Shown: piece after piece, positions 15,401 through 30,400 of the stretch | How positions within the stretch are numbered: position 1 is the stretch's first letter | How the letters are laid out: each line of letters begins with the position of its first letter | DNA from: Antedon mediterranea | Taxonomy: Eukaryota; Animalia; Echinodermata | Direction of reading: 5' to 3' | DNA length: 64,000 nt | NCBI RefSeq assembly: GCF_964355755.1 | Contig: NC_092670.1 | Coordinates: forward strand, 20,756,795 to 20,820,794 | The notes under the pieces: generated by a model | Told to the model about the DNA's origin: nothing | Seen by the model: the letters and a program-made list of their open reading frames with translations, nothing else | Database searches by the model: none | Position numbers and translations under genes: made by a program

Positions 15401-18400
15401 AAATAAATAAAAAAACAGAATCTATTATCTTATAACTTACCATTTACTTTATTCAGTACTGCAGAGAGTTCATAAGGTATATCAAGGTGAGAAACATCAA
15501 CAGGTGACGGAGATTTTTGAATAGGAGGTGCTGATTGGTGTGTTTTCTGGACGGCAGCATGCTGTTGCTTCATTTGAAGTAACTTAAACAAATAAAACAA
15601 AAAGTTGGTACAAGAAAAAAGAGTAAGTACATATGTGCAGTAGTTTGATTCATTACTGCAGTAAATGCGGTTAATTACTGCATCAACTGTAAATAGATTT
15701 TGAATTGAATAGAAACATACCATTTTGTATCTTTTCTTCTGCTTGTAACCTCTGTATGCAGCCTGTATGAGGATAATGCTCCGAACCATCAACTTGTAAT
15801 TCTTACGTGCTTGCCAAGCTCTAAAACACTTTTGAATATCTACAGCGGCTTTACGCTGGTTCAAGAAACGTTTGCGCATCAGGTAGCCACGTACATATCG
15901 CTGCAATATGAGCGTAGCGGATTTAACGATTCTAGATCGCCGCATTTCTAGATCACTTTCAAGTCGTTCCCTTAAGAAAACCTACAAGAGAGAAATAAAG
16001 AAACTGTGTATTCATTTAAAGTACCTACTAAAATAAATTTTTATTTTATCTGTGCTTTCATTGACAAAAAATGTTGAATCACCTTGTAGGTTATTTTTTA
16101 TAGTATATCTTTATTACAACTCTTTACTTGTTTATATTTATTTTATTTGTATTTTTATGTGAGCGATTGTGCCGGTCATGAATTTCTGCAAATCTGAATG
16201 TGTACAGTATATAAAGTGACTGAAATTTGCAGTGAAGCTGTAGCTTGGTAGTTAACATGCTTGCCTTACAAACCCAAGGTCCACGGTTGAAGCCTGACCT
16301 AGTGCCAGGATTATAACTCATGACTGTTTCTACCAATGAGATTTAGTTTATAAAGCATGATATGGTTCATCCATTTTCTAATTAGCGAATTACTTTTGTA
16401 TATTTTTATATGTGCAATATTTTGTTAAATTTTACACAATTTAGCCTTTGGCTACATTGTAAATTTTCGTTTTATTGAATTATTGAATAAAAAACCTTGA
16501 AGAAGAGATTACTTGCTGTTGGATGTGTATGACATTTTAAAGAAAACTTACTTTTGTAGAACCTATTTGGTAATCCTTGGCAAATAATGATTTATCTGCT
16601 GTGTGTAGAATTTGTTTGCATATTTCATGCAAAGGCATTCGGAAAGATACTTGATCAACTAAAAAACGGTATCTGTTAAAAAAAGAGAAAGGATGAAATA
16701 GCAGTAAAAACACAAGAAATCTACACTTGGATGTACGTAGAAATCTAATTGTTGATGATATGAAAATACTTATTTATACAGACCTGTCAATAAAAGCTGT
16801 GAATGTCATTCGTATTGGGTAACCTAGCCTACGAATGCGAATTGTTTCAAGCATCCCCGAATATCGCAGTTGATCCATCACCAATGGCCGGTCAAAGTTC
16901 AACGGCTTCTTGTCGTTGTTCGGTTTAATGCATCGAATAAAGAATGGGTTGCACCTTAAAAAACGTAATAAAATTGAATTAAAAATTAGACAATACACAT
17001 CCCAGACAGTCAGTCATAAGCTAATATTGTCAAACAAAATTGATAGAGCTACCACGGCAGTATTAAGATTTATATATATTTTTACATTCTTCATTTTGAG
17101 AAAAAAGTGACCTACTTAGTCATGTTTGCCATCAGATCGTGTAATGATTCGTTGAATCGTGTTCCAACGGTAGAAGCCCGCATCTTTTTCATTGAGTTCA
17201 GACCCTGGGTCATCATTGCCCGCGTCTCTTCTGATTTCCGCAGATTCTTGAACATTTTAGAAACAAGCTGCAAAGAGGGACAGACAATCAAATTCTGAAT
17301 AAACATTTCTATTGAATTTCTATACATGTTATATTGGTCTTTTTTTTATTCAAGCTCAAAACCATTTTAATACCATATATCCTCAGGTATAATCCCATCC
17401 TCAGGTATAATCCCACTTCTGGTATAATCCCACCCACCTACTTTATTTCTGATTTCACAAACAGGCATATCCTTGGGTATAGTCCCAGTATTGACTTTTG
17501 GTCTGGATGTAGGTCTCTCTCTAGGCAGTTAGATGACTTTTTACAAGATGTTTACCAATCATTATTTTCATGAACCAGAGTTTTCCAGAGTATAGTCCCA
17601 CCCCCCAAAGAACATGTTCTAGGGGGTAGGGTTATACCAGAGGATAATATATACTGTATATTATACAGTATATACAAAAAAAACTTACTGGAGCTTTACT
17701 CTTTATCAACATTTCTAAAACGTCAACTCTCAGCATATCACGATTTTTATCCAAGAAACCGGTAGCCTTATATTTGACAAGACCTGCATAATGACGAACG
17801 CAGAATTCTGTTCTTGACATCTTGGGTTTCTGGTAAAACTCATTGTGGTTATGGTTGTGATGACATTTATCAAGAAACGACGAATCTTTACCCTGTAGGA
17901 TTACAAAATAGAATAAAAATTGAAATAATTATAGCATTAAAATTCTAAAATTTTTTGGCAACCAAGTGGTTGACAGCTGGAATGTTCTAAAGCCTGAAAT
18001 TGAGGACCCTTTCCCAGGAATAAAGGGTCAAGCTAATAAGTATCAAGCTTCAAATATTAACAATATTTATATCAAATATAACATTTTTTTATATACCCTA
18101 GGAAAGCTACTCTCATCATCCAGAAGATGGAAGATTCCGATTGGTCGTTTGCCAATCATATCAAGGCACATCTGGTTATCTTTGTACGCCACATTCGTCC
18201 ACTTGATGTGTTCCCGTATATATTCTTCCTAATATAAAAATTACATTAAAAATTAAAATTTTATACTGATACAGGTATATACCGTACATTATAAGCACAG
18301 ATCTATACTAAATAATTAGATTTTATTTTTCTTGTATAGGTGTTTGTAAAATTGAATGAACTTAAATAAAATGAAAGATGAAATGAATTAAAATTAATAT

Positions 18401-21400
18401 CTAACCTGTTCAAGATTGAAAATGTGACGATTGAAAAAAAAGTGTAGGTTCTCATTTGCATAGTTGATACACAGTTGTTCAAAACTGTTTGTTTGGAAAT
18501 CCTGAAAAAAAAACAAAAGATGTACTACAGTTGGTTCAAGAGCCAGATGTGTACACTACTACATTTTATCGAACCCTTGCTGATTTTATGGCTACATATT
18601 ACGGTTCCACTCGGCCACTCACTCGCTCAAAAGAGCCAGATGTGTACAATACTACGTTTTAATGAACCCTTGCTGATTTTATGGCTACATATTACGGTTC
18701 CACTCGGCCACTCACTCGCTCAAAAGAGCCAGATGTGTACACTACTACGTTTTAATGAACCCTTGCTGATTTTATGGCTACATATTACGGTTCCACTCGG
18801 CCACTCACTCGCTCAAAGTATACTTTAGTATAGTTTACCTCAAAGCCAAATATGTCAAGGATTGCAATCGAAGACACTTTTTGCGCTTTGTTAACCACTT
18901 TGTTGATGTTTTGAATCAACCAAGTAAACAATGTTGAATACAGTGACTTTCCAATAGCATCCCTTAAAGACAATATATAATTATTACTATATTTATTAAT
19001 AGCTACATAATCTTACATCTTACTTAATCTTAAGCTCTGTCTAACTAGTTTGACAAAAAAAGTGTGATGTGCCCAAATATGGTAGTGATATGCTTAAATA
19101 TGCTAATGATATGACATCATCATGTCCATATATGAGCACATCAAGTTTGATAGTGTAGACAGAGCTTAAGATACACATACACATATATCTCCTTTGGTAT
19201 AAATACTATGTATAGTAAATGGTCCTTGATAATTTGATTATGGAATGGAAATCAAATCAAATTGTCATCATATTTTTGACGTCACATAACAATCTCTTTG
19301 ACATTTGAATGCAATTAAGTTACAATTCAGTAAATATTATTTGTCTATACTATGGGTACTGATATTAACCACACATAATATGCCTTTTTCTTGAACATGG
19401 ATATCTTTTGTATGTAGTATTTTTTTCCATCAAGACATTTTTCAATTTACCTAGCATCTTGTGCTTGTTCATGGGTCAAAGGTGACATGATTCTTTCACC
19501 ACCAGGTTCCTATGGAAACAAATATAAACAACAAATGAAACATATCCTATTTATTTGAAATGTATAGAATGACGAAATATTATTATTATTAAGGATCCAC
19601 AAGAGTCACTTCTCACAACCTCTGACCTATCATAACCTCTGACCTCTGTTGCATAGTCTCAGTTAAAATCTTATACTTACTCTCATGAACTTATGTGTCA
19701 TCGCTTTCTCAAGTTTTTCTGACGACACCATTAGTAGTTGGGCTGACTTTCTTAGTTCTTGAACGTTAGACACAATCAATGATTCTTCTCGGCCATGCTG
19801 GTACGTAAATAAAGAAGTATTTTATATTACTTAAAAGATTCTCAGTGAATGAATAATTATAAAGTATTTGGAATATACAAATTCATAACAATATTTTTAG
19901 AATTACAGAACCATTACTTGTGATTAGGTAAATTTGATATTACTTAAAAGATTTATCGATGAATAAATAATTATATTATTTGGAATATATAAATTCATAT
20001 ATTTTATTTAAAGAATTACCTGTGATAGGGTAAATTTGATATTTCCAAGGTGTAGTACAGCAGACAGGACACTAAAGATGGCTTCCATCTCAGCTGGCTG
20101 GAACTTGAGGATTTCCATAGCCGACACCAACCGTATAAAAGACTCAGCATCCTGACGACTGCTGATCTGCGGACTTCCACCCTAGAAACAATTATTAAAT
20201 AATATTTATGTTATTATTTATAATTATGTTAAATATTCACTATTCATATTAAATATTCACTATTCATATTAAATCATTTATATTCATATTCACTCATTAA
20301 TATTCATATTGAATGATTTATATTCATATTTACTCATTAATATTCATATTGAATCATTTATATTCATATTCACTCATTTATATTCATATTAAAACATTTA
20401 TATCCATATTCACTCATTAATATTCATATTGCATTATTTATATTGATATTAAATCATCTATATCCATATTCATTCATTAATATTAATATTGAATCATCTA
20501 TATCCATATTCACTTATTAATATTCATATTGAATCATTTACATCCATATTCATTCATTAATATTAATATTGAATCATCTATATCCATATTCACTTATTAA
20601 TATTAATATTGAATCATTTACATTCATATTCACTTATTAATATTAATATTGAATCATCTATATCCATATTCACTTATTAATATTAATATTGAATCATTTA
20701 CATTCATATTCATTCATTAATATTAATATTGAATCATCTATATCCATATTCACTTATTAATATTCATATTGAATCATTTACATTCATATTCATTCATTAA
20801 TATTAATATTGAATCATTTATATCCATATTCACTCATTAATATTCATATTGAATCATTTACATTCATATTCATTCATGAAAATTAATATTGAATCATTTA
20901 TATCCATATTCACTCATTAATATTCATATTGCATTATTTATATTGATATTAAATCATCTATATCCATATTCATTCATTAATATTAATATTGAATCATCTA
21001 TATCCATATTCACTTATTAATATTAATATTGAATCATTTACATCCATATTCATTCATTAATATTAATATTGAATCATCTATATCCATATTCACTTATTAA
21101 TATTCATATTGAATCATTTACATTCATATTCATTCATTAATATTAATATTGAATCATCTATATCCATATTCACTTATTAATATTCATATTGAATCATTTA
21201 CATCCATATTCACTCATGAAAATTCATATTAAATCATCTACATCCATATTCACTTATTAATATTCATATTGAATCATCTATATCCATATTCACTTATTAA
21301 TATTCATATTGAATCATTTACATCCATATTCATTCATTAATATTAATATTGAATCATCTATATCCATATTCACTTATTAATATTCATATTGAATCATTTA

Positions 21401-24400
21401 CATCCATATTCATTCATTAATATTAATATTGAATCATCTATATCCATATTCACTTATTAATATTCATATTGAATCATTTACATCCATATTCATTCATTAA
21501 TATTCATATTGAATCATCTATATCCATATTCACTTATTAATATTCATATTGAATCATCTATATCCATATTCACTTATTAATATTCATATTGAATCATCTA
21601 TATCCATATTCACTTATTAATATTCATATTGAATCATTTACATCCATATTCATTCATTAATATTAATATTGAATCATCTATATCCATATTCACTTATTAA
21701 TATTCATATTGAATCATTTACATCCATATTCATTCATTAATATTCATATTGAATCATCTATATCCATATTCACTTATTAATATTCATATTGAATCATCTA
21801 TATCCATATTCACTTATTAATATTCATATTGAATCATCTATATCCATATTCATTCATTAATATTAATATTGAATCATTTACATCCATATTCACTTATTAA
21901 TATTCATATTGAATCATCTATATCCATATTCACTTATTAATATTCATATTGAATCATCTATATCCATATTCACTTATTAATATTCATATTGAATCATCTA
22001 TATCCATATTCATTCATTAATATTCATATTGAATCATTTACATCCATATTCACTTATTAATATTCATATTGAATCATTTACATCCATATTCATTCATTAA
22101 TATTAATATTGAATCATCTATATCCATATTCACTTATTAATATTCATATTGAATCATTTACATTCATATTCAGTCAGAAAATTTAGTATGTGTTCTATCT
22201 ATGTGAAATGTGTTTTATTTAGAACATATTGTGTAAATATGTATTGTGCTACATTATGGTGCAACTATAATCAAGGTACCTTGCGATCTCTCCAGGTATG
22301 CTACAATAATTGTTGCAAAGGCCTCGACATTGCAGTGCCAGCCTCATGTTTACGGAATGTAGAATTCCCTCTTTTTATGAATTGTTAATCAATATATCAA
22401 TATATGGCCTGATGTGTAGACTTAATGCAAGCAAAAATATTTTAATCTCAACGATTATAAGCAACGTCTTAGTTAAGTCGAAGATGCTCTCCAGATGGAA
22501 TGCCATCCTGAGATGAGTAGTAGTAATTTTGTTTATTTTATTTATTTCATTTATATGTAATTTACTTTCTATGGACCACTCGAGTTTCCGAAATAAAAGA
22601 TTGAATGAATGAATGAATATTCACTCATAAAAAATTCATATTAAATCATCTTAAAGATGAATGAATATGGATATAGATTCTATATCCATATTCATTCATT
22701 AATATTAATATTGAATCATCTATATCCATATTCACTTATTAATATTCATATTGAATCATTTACATTCATATTCACTCATGAAAATTCATATTAAATCATC
22801 TACATCCATATTCATTCATTAATATGAATATTGAATTATCTATCCATATTCACTTATTAATATTCAGAATCATTTAAATTCATATTCACTCATTAATATT
22901 CATATTAAATCGTTAATATCCATATTCACTCATTAATATTCATATTCACTAATTAATATTCATATTAAATCGTTAATATCCATATTCACTCATTAATATT
23001 CATATTCAATAATTTATATTCACTCATTAATATTCATATTAAATAATTATATTCATATTTACTCATTAATATTCACCCATATTCACAGACTTTCAATTAT
23101 AATCCCATATACATACCTGGTTTAAGTAGCGGTAGTTTGAAGCATGTCGCAGACCATACTTAGCTTTCTCTCCCTCTGACATGCCTTCTATCATCTCATA
23201 GAAAATATGGTAATTTCTCTCTCCTGGAGCCTGGATAATGTAAAAATAAACTTGTATAATTCATGATTAAATATGTATAAAATATCAATTTAAAAAGACC
23301 TTTGAAAAGATTGAGTTCGCTGGTTTTTTTTATTCACAATTCACAAAAAAATGTATTATTATTTTTATAATACTGTATATAATTATGAATTAAAATATAA
23401 TAATAAAACATACCTGATGAGCTATTCTGGACTTTTCAAGGAGATAATCCGTCGTTTTTGCACCAGTAATAGAACCACTACAAATATAGAAAACACATTA
23501 ATTCATAATTACTGACCAGAAAAATAAGTGAATGTTAAGGTCTTACAATTTGTCATTCCATACTCATACTCCCACAGAGCTTAAAATCTTATCTCATATT
23601 CTGAGAGGACTCCATAATGTAAAAGTACTTATTAATACTGTAGCACAATAGTTGACCCCTTTCTTTAACCTCATTAATGCAATTGAAATGACTTACTTTG
23701 TGAAATATACTTCAATATATTTTCCAAATCTACTTGAATTGTCGTTTCTGATCGTCTTCGCGTTCCCAAATGATTCTAGGACTGGATTTGCTTCTAAGAT
23801 CTAAAAACAAAAAATGAATTTTCATCTTAATTATTAAAATATATAAGTAGTTAAATTTAATAAATTTGTTCTTTTTTCCCTTGTATTTCCAAATGTATCA
23901 AATATTTGATAATCCGAGTATTATTATTAATATCTACACTACAAAACTAAGTTTGACAAAAAAGTGTGAATGCCCAATAATGGTAGTGATATGATCACAT
24001 CATCATGTCCATGGTTACATCACATGTTTTTGTCACATAAAGTTTGAAAGTGAACACATAGCTTAATTTTTATCTTCCTTAACAGTACTTCATTTACTCT
24101 ACAAGACTGTACCTGTTCTGTAATAAGATTGGATGAGGACTTATTAATGGCTGCTAGATATTGCATAATAAGTTTTGTACTTTCGGTCTTGCCAGCCCCA
24201 CTCTCACCACTAATCACTATACACTGGTTTTTTCCGGCTTTCTGCATGCTCATGTAGGCTGAGTTGCCTATTGCAAATAGATGACTGCGGAAAAGAAATA
24301 CACCAAAATTAGACACCTAACTTTGCCTCCAGTTTATCAATCATTTTGTTTATTTATCAAACCAGTTCTTTTATCTTATGGAATGGAATGGATATACAGT

Positions 24401-27400
24401 ATTTGCTTAGATTATTTTGAAAACTGACTTAAGAAAAATCATTTATTTAAGCAAAGTTAGTTTTTTTTGGAAAAGCAAGATAACTCTGGTGTACAGATTT
24501 GTCTGACATCAACAATAAAAAGCCACCATAAACATTAAAAAATTAGAGAGGAATACTTTACTGTATATATATATATATACTTTACTGTATATATATATAT
24601 ATACTTTACTGTATATAGCCACGAAAGCTAAAGAGTAATTGTTGAACAATTGGAGTACAGAAGGAGGTACTTACGGGGGTAATTGGCCCAGAAGTACACC
24701 TTCATATTTTTTGACAGTGTCAACACCATAGACGTCAAACAGCTGATAAGGATTCACAGCTACCAGTATGCTACCAGTATATGTCTGAAAACGAAACGAA
24801 ATAAAATAAAAAATGTCAAAATGGCTGAAGGAAGATTTTAATAATTTAAACTGTAATACATTTTAACTTTCCTAGAAATTTGTTTACGTCAATGTAAGTA
24901 AACTGATCAATTTATTCACCATTTAAAATTCATAATAAATTGATTAATGAAAAAATTATATGAAAAGAAAAATAAAACAAGTCTATGCACACTTTGGCTA
25001 ATATTCGCTTTGATTGGAGAAGTCTTGTTAAGTGCGCTATGTCGCAAGACATTCAGCGTTCGTGATGATGAATAAATTGAAAAAAAGAACATACAGCAAT
25101 CATGTTACTGAAATGTTCAATCACAGCATCCTCTCATTATTTGTAGAAATTGTTTTATGTTATAGACTTGACTCATCAAAATAATGGTATTATATACTGT
25201 AAACTACCATATAAAGAATGATTATATTTATACTGAAAATACACATAGTTAAAACAATACGTAAATAAGTTTAAGCAAAAGGATAGAAAACCCTGATTGA
25301 TTGATTAATTGAAATATATATTTATACTGGGTAACCTCTTCAGTCAAAGACTGGTCTCCCAGGTGGCCCAGTTATGATCAGTGGCTGTGATGTACTAGTA
25401 CACCGGGGTAAACCCACTACTCGTCTCGAAAGATTTACTAGGTTCTTTAAAGTGTACACGAGCTGGATGTGTACACTGGACCTATGGTTTATCTGTCCTT
25501 ATCCGAGAACACTCGTTCTACCACCAGAACCATGGAGTGAGTGAGCCTCGAACTCCTGCCGATAATATGGCTATGTAATTACGGTTCCACTGTCTTAACC
25601 GCTCGGCCACTCACCTGACAATTTTTATTTCTTCAGGCACAAGTGGCCAAAGATTACCTATAGTAAATTAATAACTGTCCTATCAGATAGGTAGTAATCC
25701 TCCTGATACAGGGCTATTTTGTGAACCAGCTAACAGGGTAACCCTGTACCAGTCTAGAATGATGAACTGGGTTCTTTAAAGTGCACATGTGGCTTATTAT
25801 AACTGTATAGTCTTTCTTTCACCAGCAAAACTAGGACCAAGTCGGCCTTAAACCCATGCCGATATTGTAGGTTCTTTAGATATGGTACACAGCGGCCTTG
25901 CCTTAACCGCTTGGCCATTTGACTCAATTACAATATTGTACAGTATAATATTATACAAGAATATGATTAGTTTAGATTAAAAAGATTAGATCATATACAG
26001 TGCGTTGTGGCAAAACAAAAGAATGCTTTAATGCCGATTACATTGCCATCAACTATAAACTGTATATATTATCCTATGGTAAATACATTCTTCATTCAAT
26101 ACATTATACTGTATCTTCATCAAGTCAAAGGAAACAATCAGTCAGTCAGTGAAATATAGTATGACGGGTATTAAAATTACCATGGTTACCATAAACTAAA
26201 TTACCATTACAATAACATTATGTTGAAAGAGGCACTAACAAAACATCAATATTGTCATAAAAATTGTATCTGTATCAATATCTTAATCATGTCCCCGATA
26301 AGGGGAATTCAGAGACCGAAAAAAAGTTTGAAAAAATTGAAATTAAAATGTTTAAAATGGATCTAAAAAAAATCAATTTGAGGTTAAAAAGAAGTAAACA
26401 AACTGTATGGTGTTAATTTCACTGTATATTCAAGATTAGATATATACGGTAGCTGCTGCTTTTCTTTTTTCGAAATTAAACAACTTTTTTTGGTATGGTC
26501 TATATAATAATTTGAGTAAGGAAAGAGTGGGTTGTTATTGTAAAACTTGATGGTGGGTGAACGTATGACGCCCTAATAAATATCAGGGAAAATTTTCATT
26601 TAAAAATTTTGTTTAGCAATATTGCTAATCAAACTGATTTTTAAGTCGAGAAACATAGTTTTGTATTGTATTTTTTGCTACACAATTTTCAAAATGTGTA
26701 GCAATAAGGTTGTTTTGTATAGCTTTTTGCTACGCTACACTGGCGAAAATGTTCCCTGAATATCCCTGTTTATGTGTATTACATGTAGAATTAAATGAAT
26801 ATTTTTCTTTTCGATTTTAAAACAGTTTAATTTTTCGATAAAATAAATTTTACACTATCACACACAATACAACTAGGTGAACAAGCCCCACGACCCTGAA
26901 CATGTTATTCGGCCGCCATATTGTAGCATAGCGATAATTTTCACGCAAACACAAACGTATCCGGACGGCCCCTGAAAACCGATGAAAGCGGCATTTCACA
27001 AGTTATAATATTAAATGGTAATATAGGTATTCAGGAGACATCATTGTAAAGCGTAAATTTTCTGGTGAAACACATATTCAGGCAACACCCCTATTGAGGA
27101 GAAATTTTGTGTCTAAAAAAGGTGTCTCTTAATAGGGGTTCTAAAGTTTTCAGTACATCAAAAAATAGTAAGCTATTTATTTATGAAAAACAACCTCATT
27201 CTTGGGGATTCAGAGGAGATATGCTGAATTATGTAGGATGCTTTTACAGAAAGAAAATGAACAGTAAAAAGTTCACTTGTAATTATGCTGACGATTGACA
27301 TTTCACCTGCTGTGATAAACAAATACGGACTTTGCACATTTGATCTTGTTGGACCAATATTTAAATTGTTAGATTAGTGGCACTTTGAAAATTCCAATTA

Positions 27401-30400
27401 CTGCACTAATAAATATCATACTTCTTCCGTCTTGCATTATAAACAATTAAAACAAAAAATAAATGACAATTTTTTCATAACTTTTTAAGTTTTTGCAAGC
27501 TTGGCAATTCATTGCTTGTGATTATTTGCTAGGTTTATTGTCAATACTTCCGTAAAATAATACTTACATAAATTAATCCTTTGTTGTATCTTGTCTCTAG
27601 ATTAAATATCAATGATCCCTCATGTAGGTCTCTAAACAATACAAATCAGGGAAATAAAATACATTATTTTACAAAACTGTAACTACAATTGAAGAACTTC
27701 TCAGCCTTTCCTAAATTTTGAAAATTATTATGCAAAAGATAGAGGACACCAAATTAAACTCAGCCCCTTATTTCACAATTTTTAGGCCTCAGGCCCCTCT
27801 CATCTATTTCAAAATCATCGAACCTTCCCTCTGGGACAGCAGACGAAGGAGGACAGTAATTTATAGACTGTGATGGCAATAAAACAAGGACTGAATACAG
27901 GTTCCAACTCGTCAAATTACGGTCCCCTTCAATCTCGTTATTATCAGTGGTATCGTTATCATACCCTAATCATAATCTCATCAAAATTAATATAAAATAC
28001 TAAACATCATCCCTATTACCATCATTAAATACATGGATGTAATACATTTATAACTATGTGATTAAACTTACTAATTATTCTTATCATATATGATTTACAT
28101 CATCCCTATCATGTCATTTTGGTATTATGTAAAGCTCTGTTTACACTATCAAACTAGTTTGACATAAAAAGTGTGATGTGCCCAAATATGGTAGTGATAT
28201 TTCCCAATATGGTAGTGACATGACATCATCGTCCATAAATGGGCATATCACATTTTTTTGTCACATAAAGTTTGATAGTGTAGACAGAGCTTTAACACAT
28301 TGACTGCCAAGGCATTTTCCGTAATTTCTGTCCCAGTGCCAAGTCCCGTTTACATATTAAATTACAGTTTGAAAGTGTAACATCTGGTCACAGACTATCA
28401 TGATGTCATTCAAAATACGATGGCGGGAAAAACCGTTGAGACGTATAAATACGTCACTGGCAATGGTCCAACAATTTTATTGACTTTGCCAGGAACGTAA
28501 ATATACGTCGGGGATTTTCCGCGCTAAAATCGGTCAAACCTATCATCGAGAGATAAAAACAGTAAACCACACTGAATCATTTCATCCTTTATTATTTTTA
28601 TTTACTATTAGTGCAATTTATGACATGTTTGAGATGATTATATTGAGTGTGAGGGCACCATCGTATCAACCATATTCAATGCATGAGGGAATAAACACAA
28701 ACAAACATATGACATTTATTTTTAGATTATCGTTTACGTACATCATTCATAAACTGCCATGCGATAATTCCTGTTCCAATCACCACTGCCAGCGATTCTA
28801 CATACAATACAAAAGTGCTACGATTTTGACGTAGTATTACGTCTTGGCAAGTAGCGACACGCAATTTTTGACGTATAAATACGCCGTGGCAGTGAACGTG
28901 TTAAAAACGATTTCTGAATGAAATACATACCTTAATGAAATCATATCTTCAACCTCTTGTACTTCTAGGTTGTCATGGCGAATACGTATCCTCTTGTTGT
29001 TATCAACTACTTTATATTTCTATCAAATAAATATGAATAAAAACCTAGTGTTAGTCTAGTCCGAGTAAAAATGATCAGGCACGGATTTAGACGGGGGCTA
29101 AACATGCTTTAGCACCCTTCCCGCCCTAAAAATTAACACCCATGTTTAAAATTAAAATAATGACTATTTTTATTTTTCTGCAACCAGACGTTTTTATCAT
29201 TTTTTTATGAAATATTAACTCCACCCTAACATGTTATGTACTGTATGTCCCTGATGATATTGAATGGAACCAATCAGTACTGTAGCATAAACACTTTTTT
29301 TTCCTTCAATTTGATTATTATAATATTGTGTATTATGTTTCTTCATTTATTTATATATTATTTTTGAGTTATAAATATATTTTTTTTTGGTTTTACTGAT
29401 AACCTTGAAAATACTGATTAAACTATTATTTTTTTTAATAAACCTGAATAAAAAAAAGTAAATCCTTCCTTTGGTAAAACCTATGAAAATTATTGCATAA
29501 TAACCTTGTTTAAAAGAGTGAAGCATTCATAGCATATTATAATAAAAAAAAATTACGTTATATATTTTTTAATGATATCAGTCTTTATAAAAACACAATA
29601 ACAAAAATGATATAATCTATCATAACAATAACCGTAAAATTATGAAGAAATGCAAATTTGAAATCAATACAGAACTAGCTTATTTAATATTTTTATTATT
29701 ATATATCCAGTAGAAAAAGTCTTGTGGTAACGAAAGTATAATATTTCATGGGAATTCTGTCAAATAATGTATACAGTTAGTCTCTATTACTTTGGCGACA
29801 CTCTGAACTTTAAAATTTAATATACAGTTATTATATTTGCGGATTATAGATTGCGACACATTACTATCAAGACTCGTCTTTGATTGGCCAATGATGAATA
29901 TCAAATAAGAAATCATCAATATGGAGATTAAACAAGGATATTCTTGTTATCGAGTTGTAAAATTAGAAATTTTAATTAATTATGTAATTCACTAAATACA
30001 CAGATGATGATAGTGATGATAGCCTTGAATATATGAATATAAATGAGCTATCACTGAATTTAAAATGCTGTATGTAGGTGTCTAAAATCAACTTAAAAAG
30101 ACTTTATGATAAAATACCTTGATAGTGTTTTTCATTTTAAAAATTAAGATTTAAACAAAATATAAATATTTTTTAAATCCCTCCTTTAGGACAATCCCAT
30201 TAAAATGGACCTGAAATGGATTTTCGATTTTTTTCATTTTAGAATGATGTTTTGGGGGCTATTAGGTGTTGCTAGAATGTATATTGTTACAAAATATAAA
30301 TTGGCCCTTTTGGGGAAAGCCCCATTTGAAAATCAAAAAAATTTGCGGGTGACGTCACTTTGCGAATATATTCCTATCCCTCCAATGGAAAATTTGCAGT

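Noticed and set aside
18475-18828. 117-aa ORF with 31-aa repeats
   Set aside because: Produced by the 93-bp SINE-derived tandem repeat, antisense within a myosin intron.
24553-24618. Triplicated ATACTTTACTGTATATAT unit; also small duplications near 6984-7030 and 14140-14330
   Set aside because: Ordinary intronic slippage duplications with no further signal.
28625-28834. Near-identical 69-aa ORFs at 28625 and 34647
   Set aside because: Chance ORF inside the duplicated 605-bp element, with no transposase motifs.
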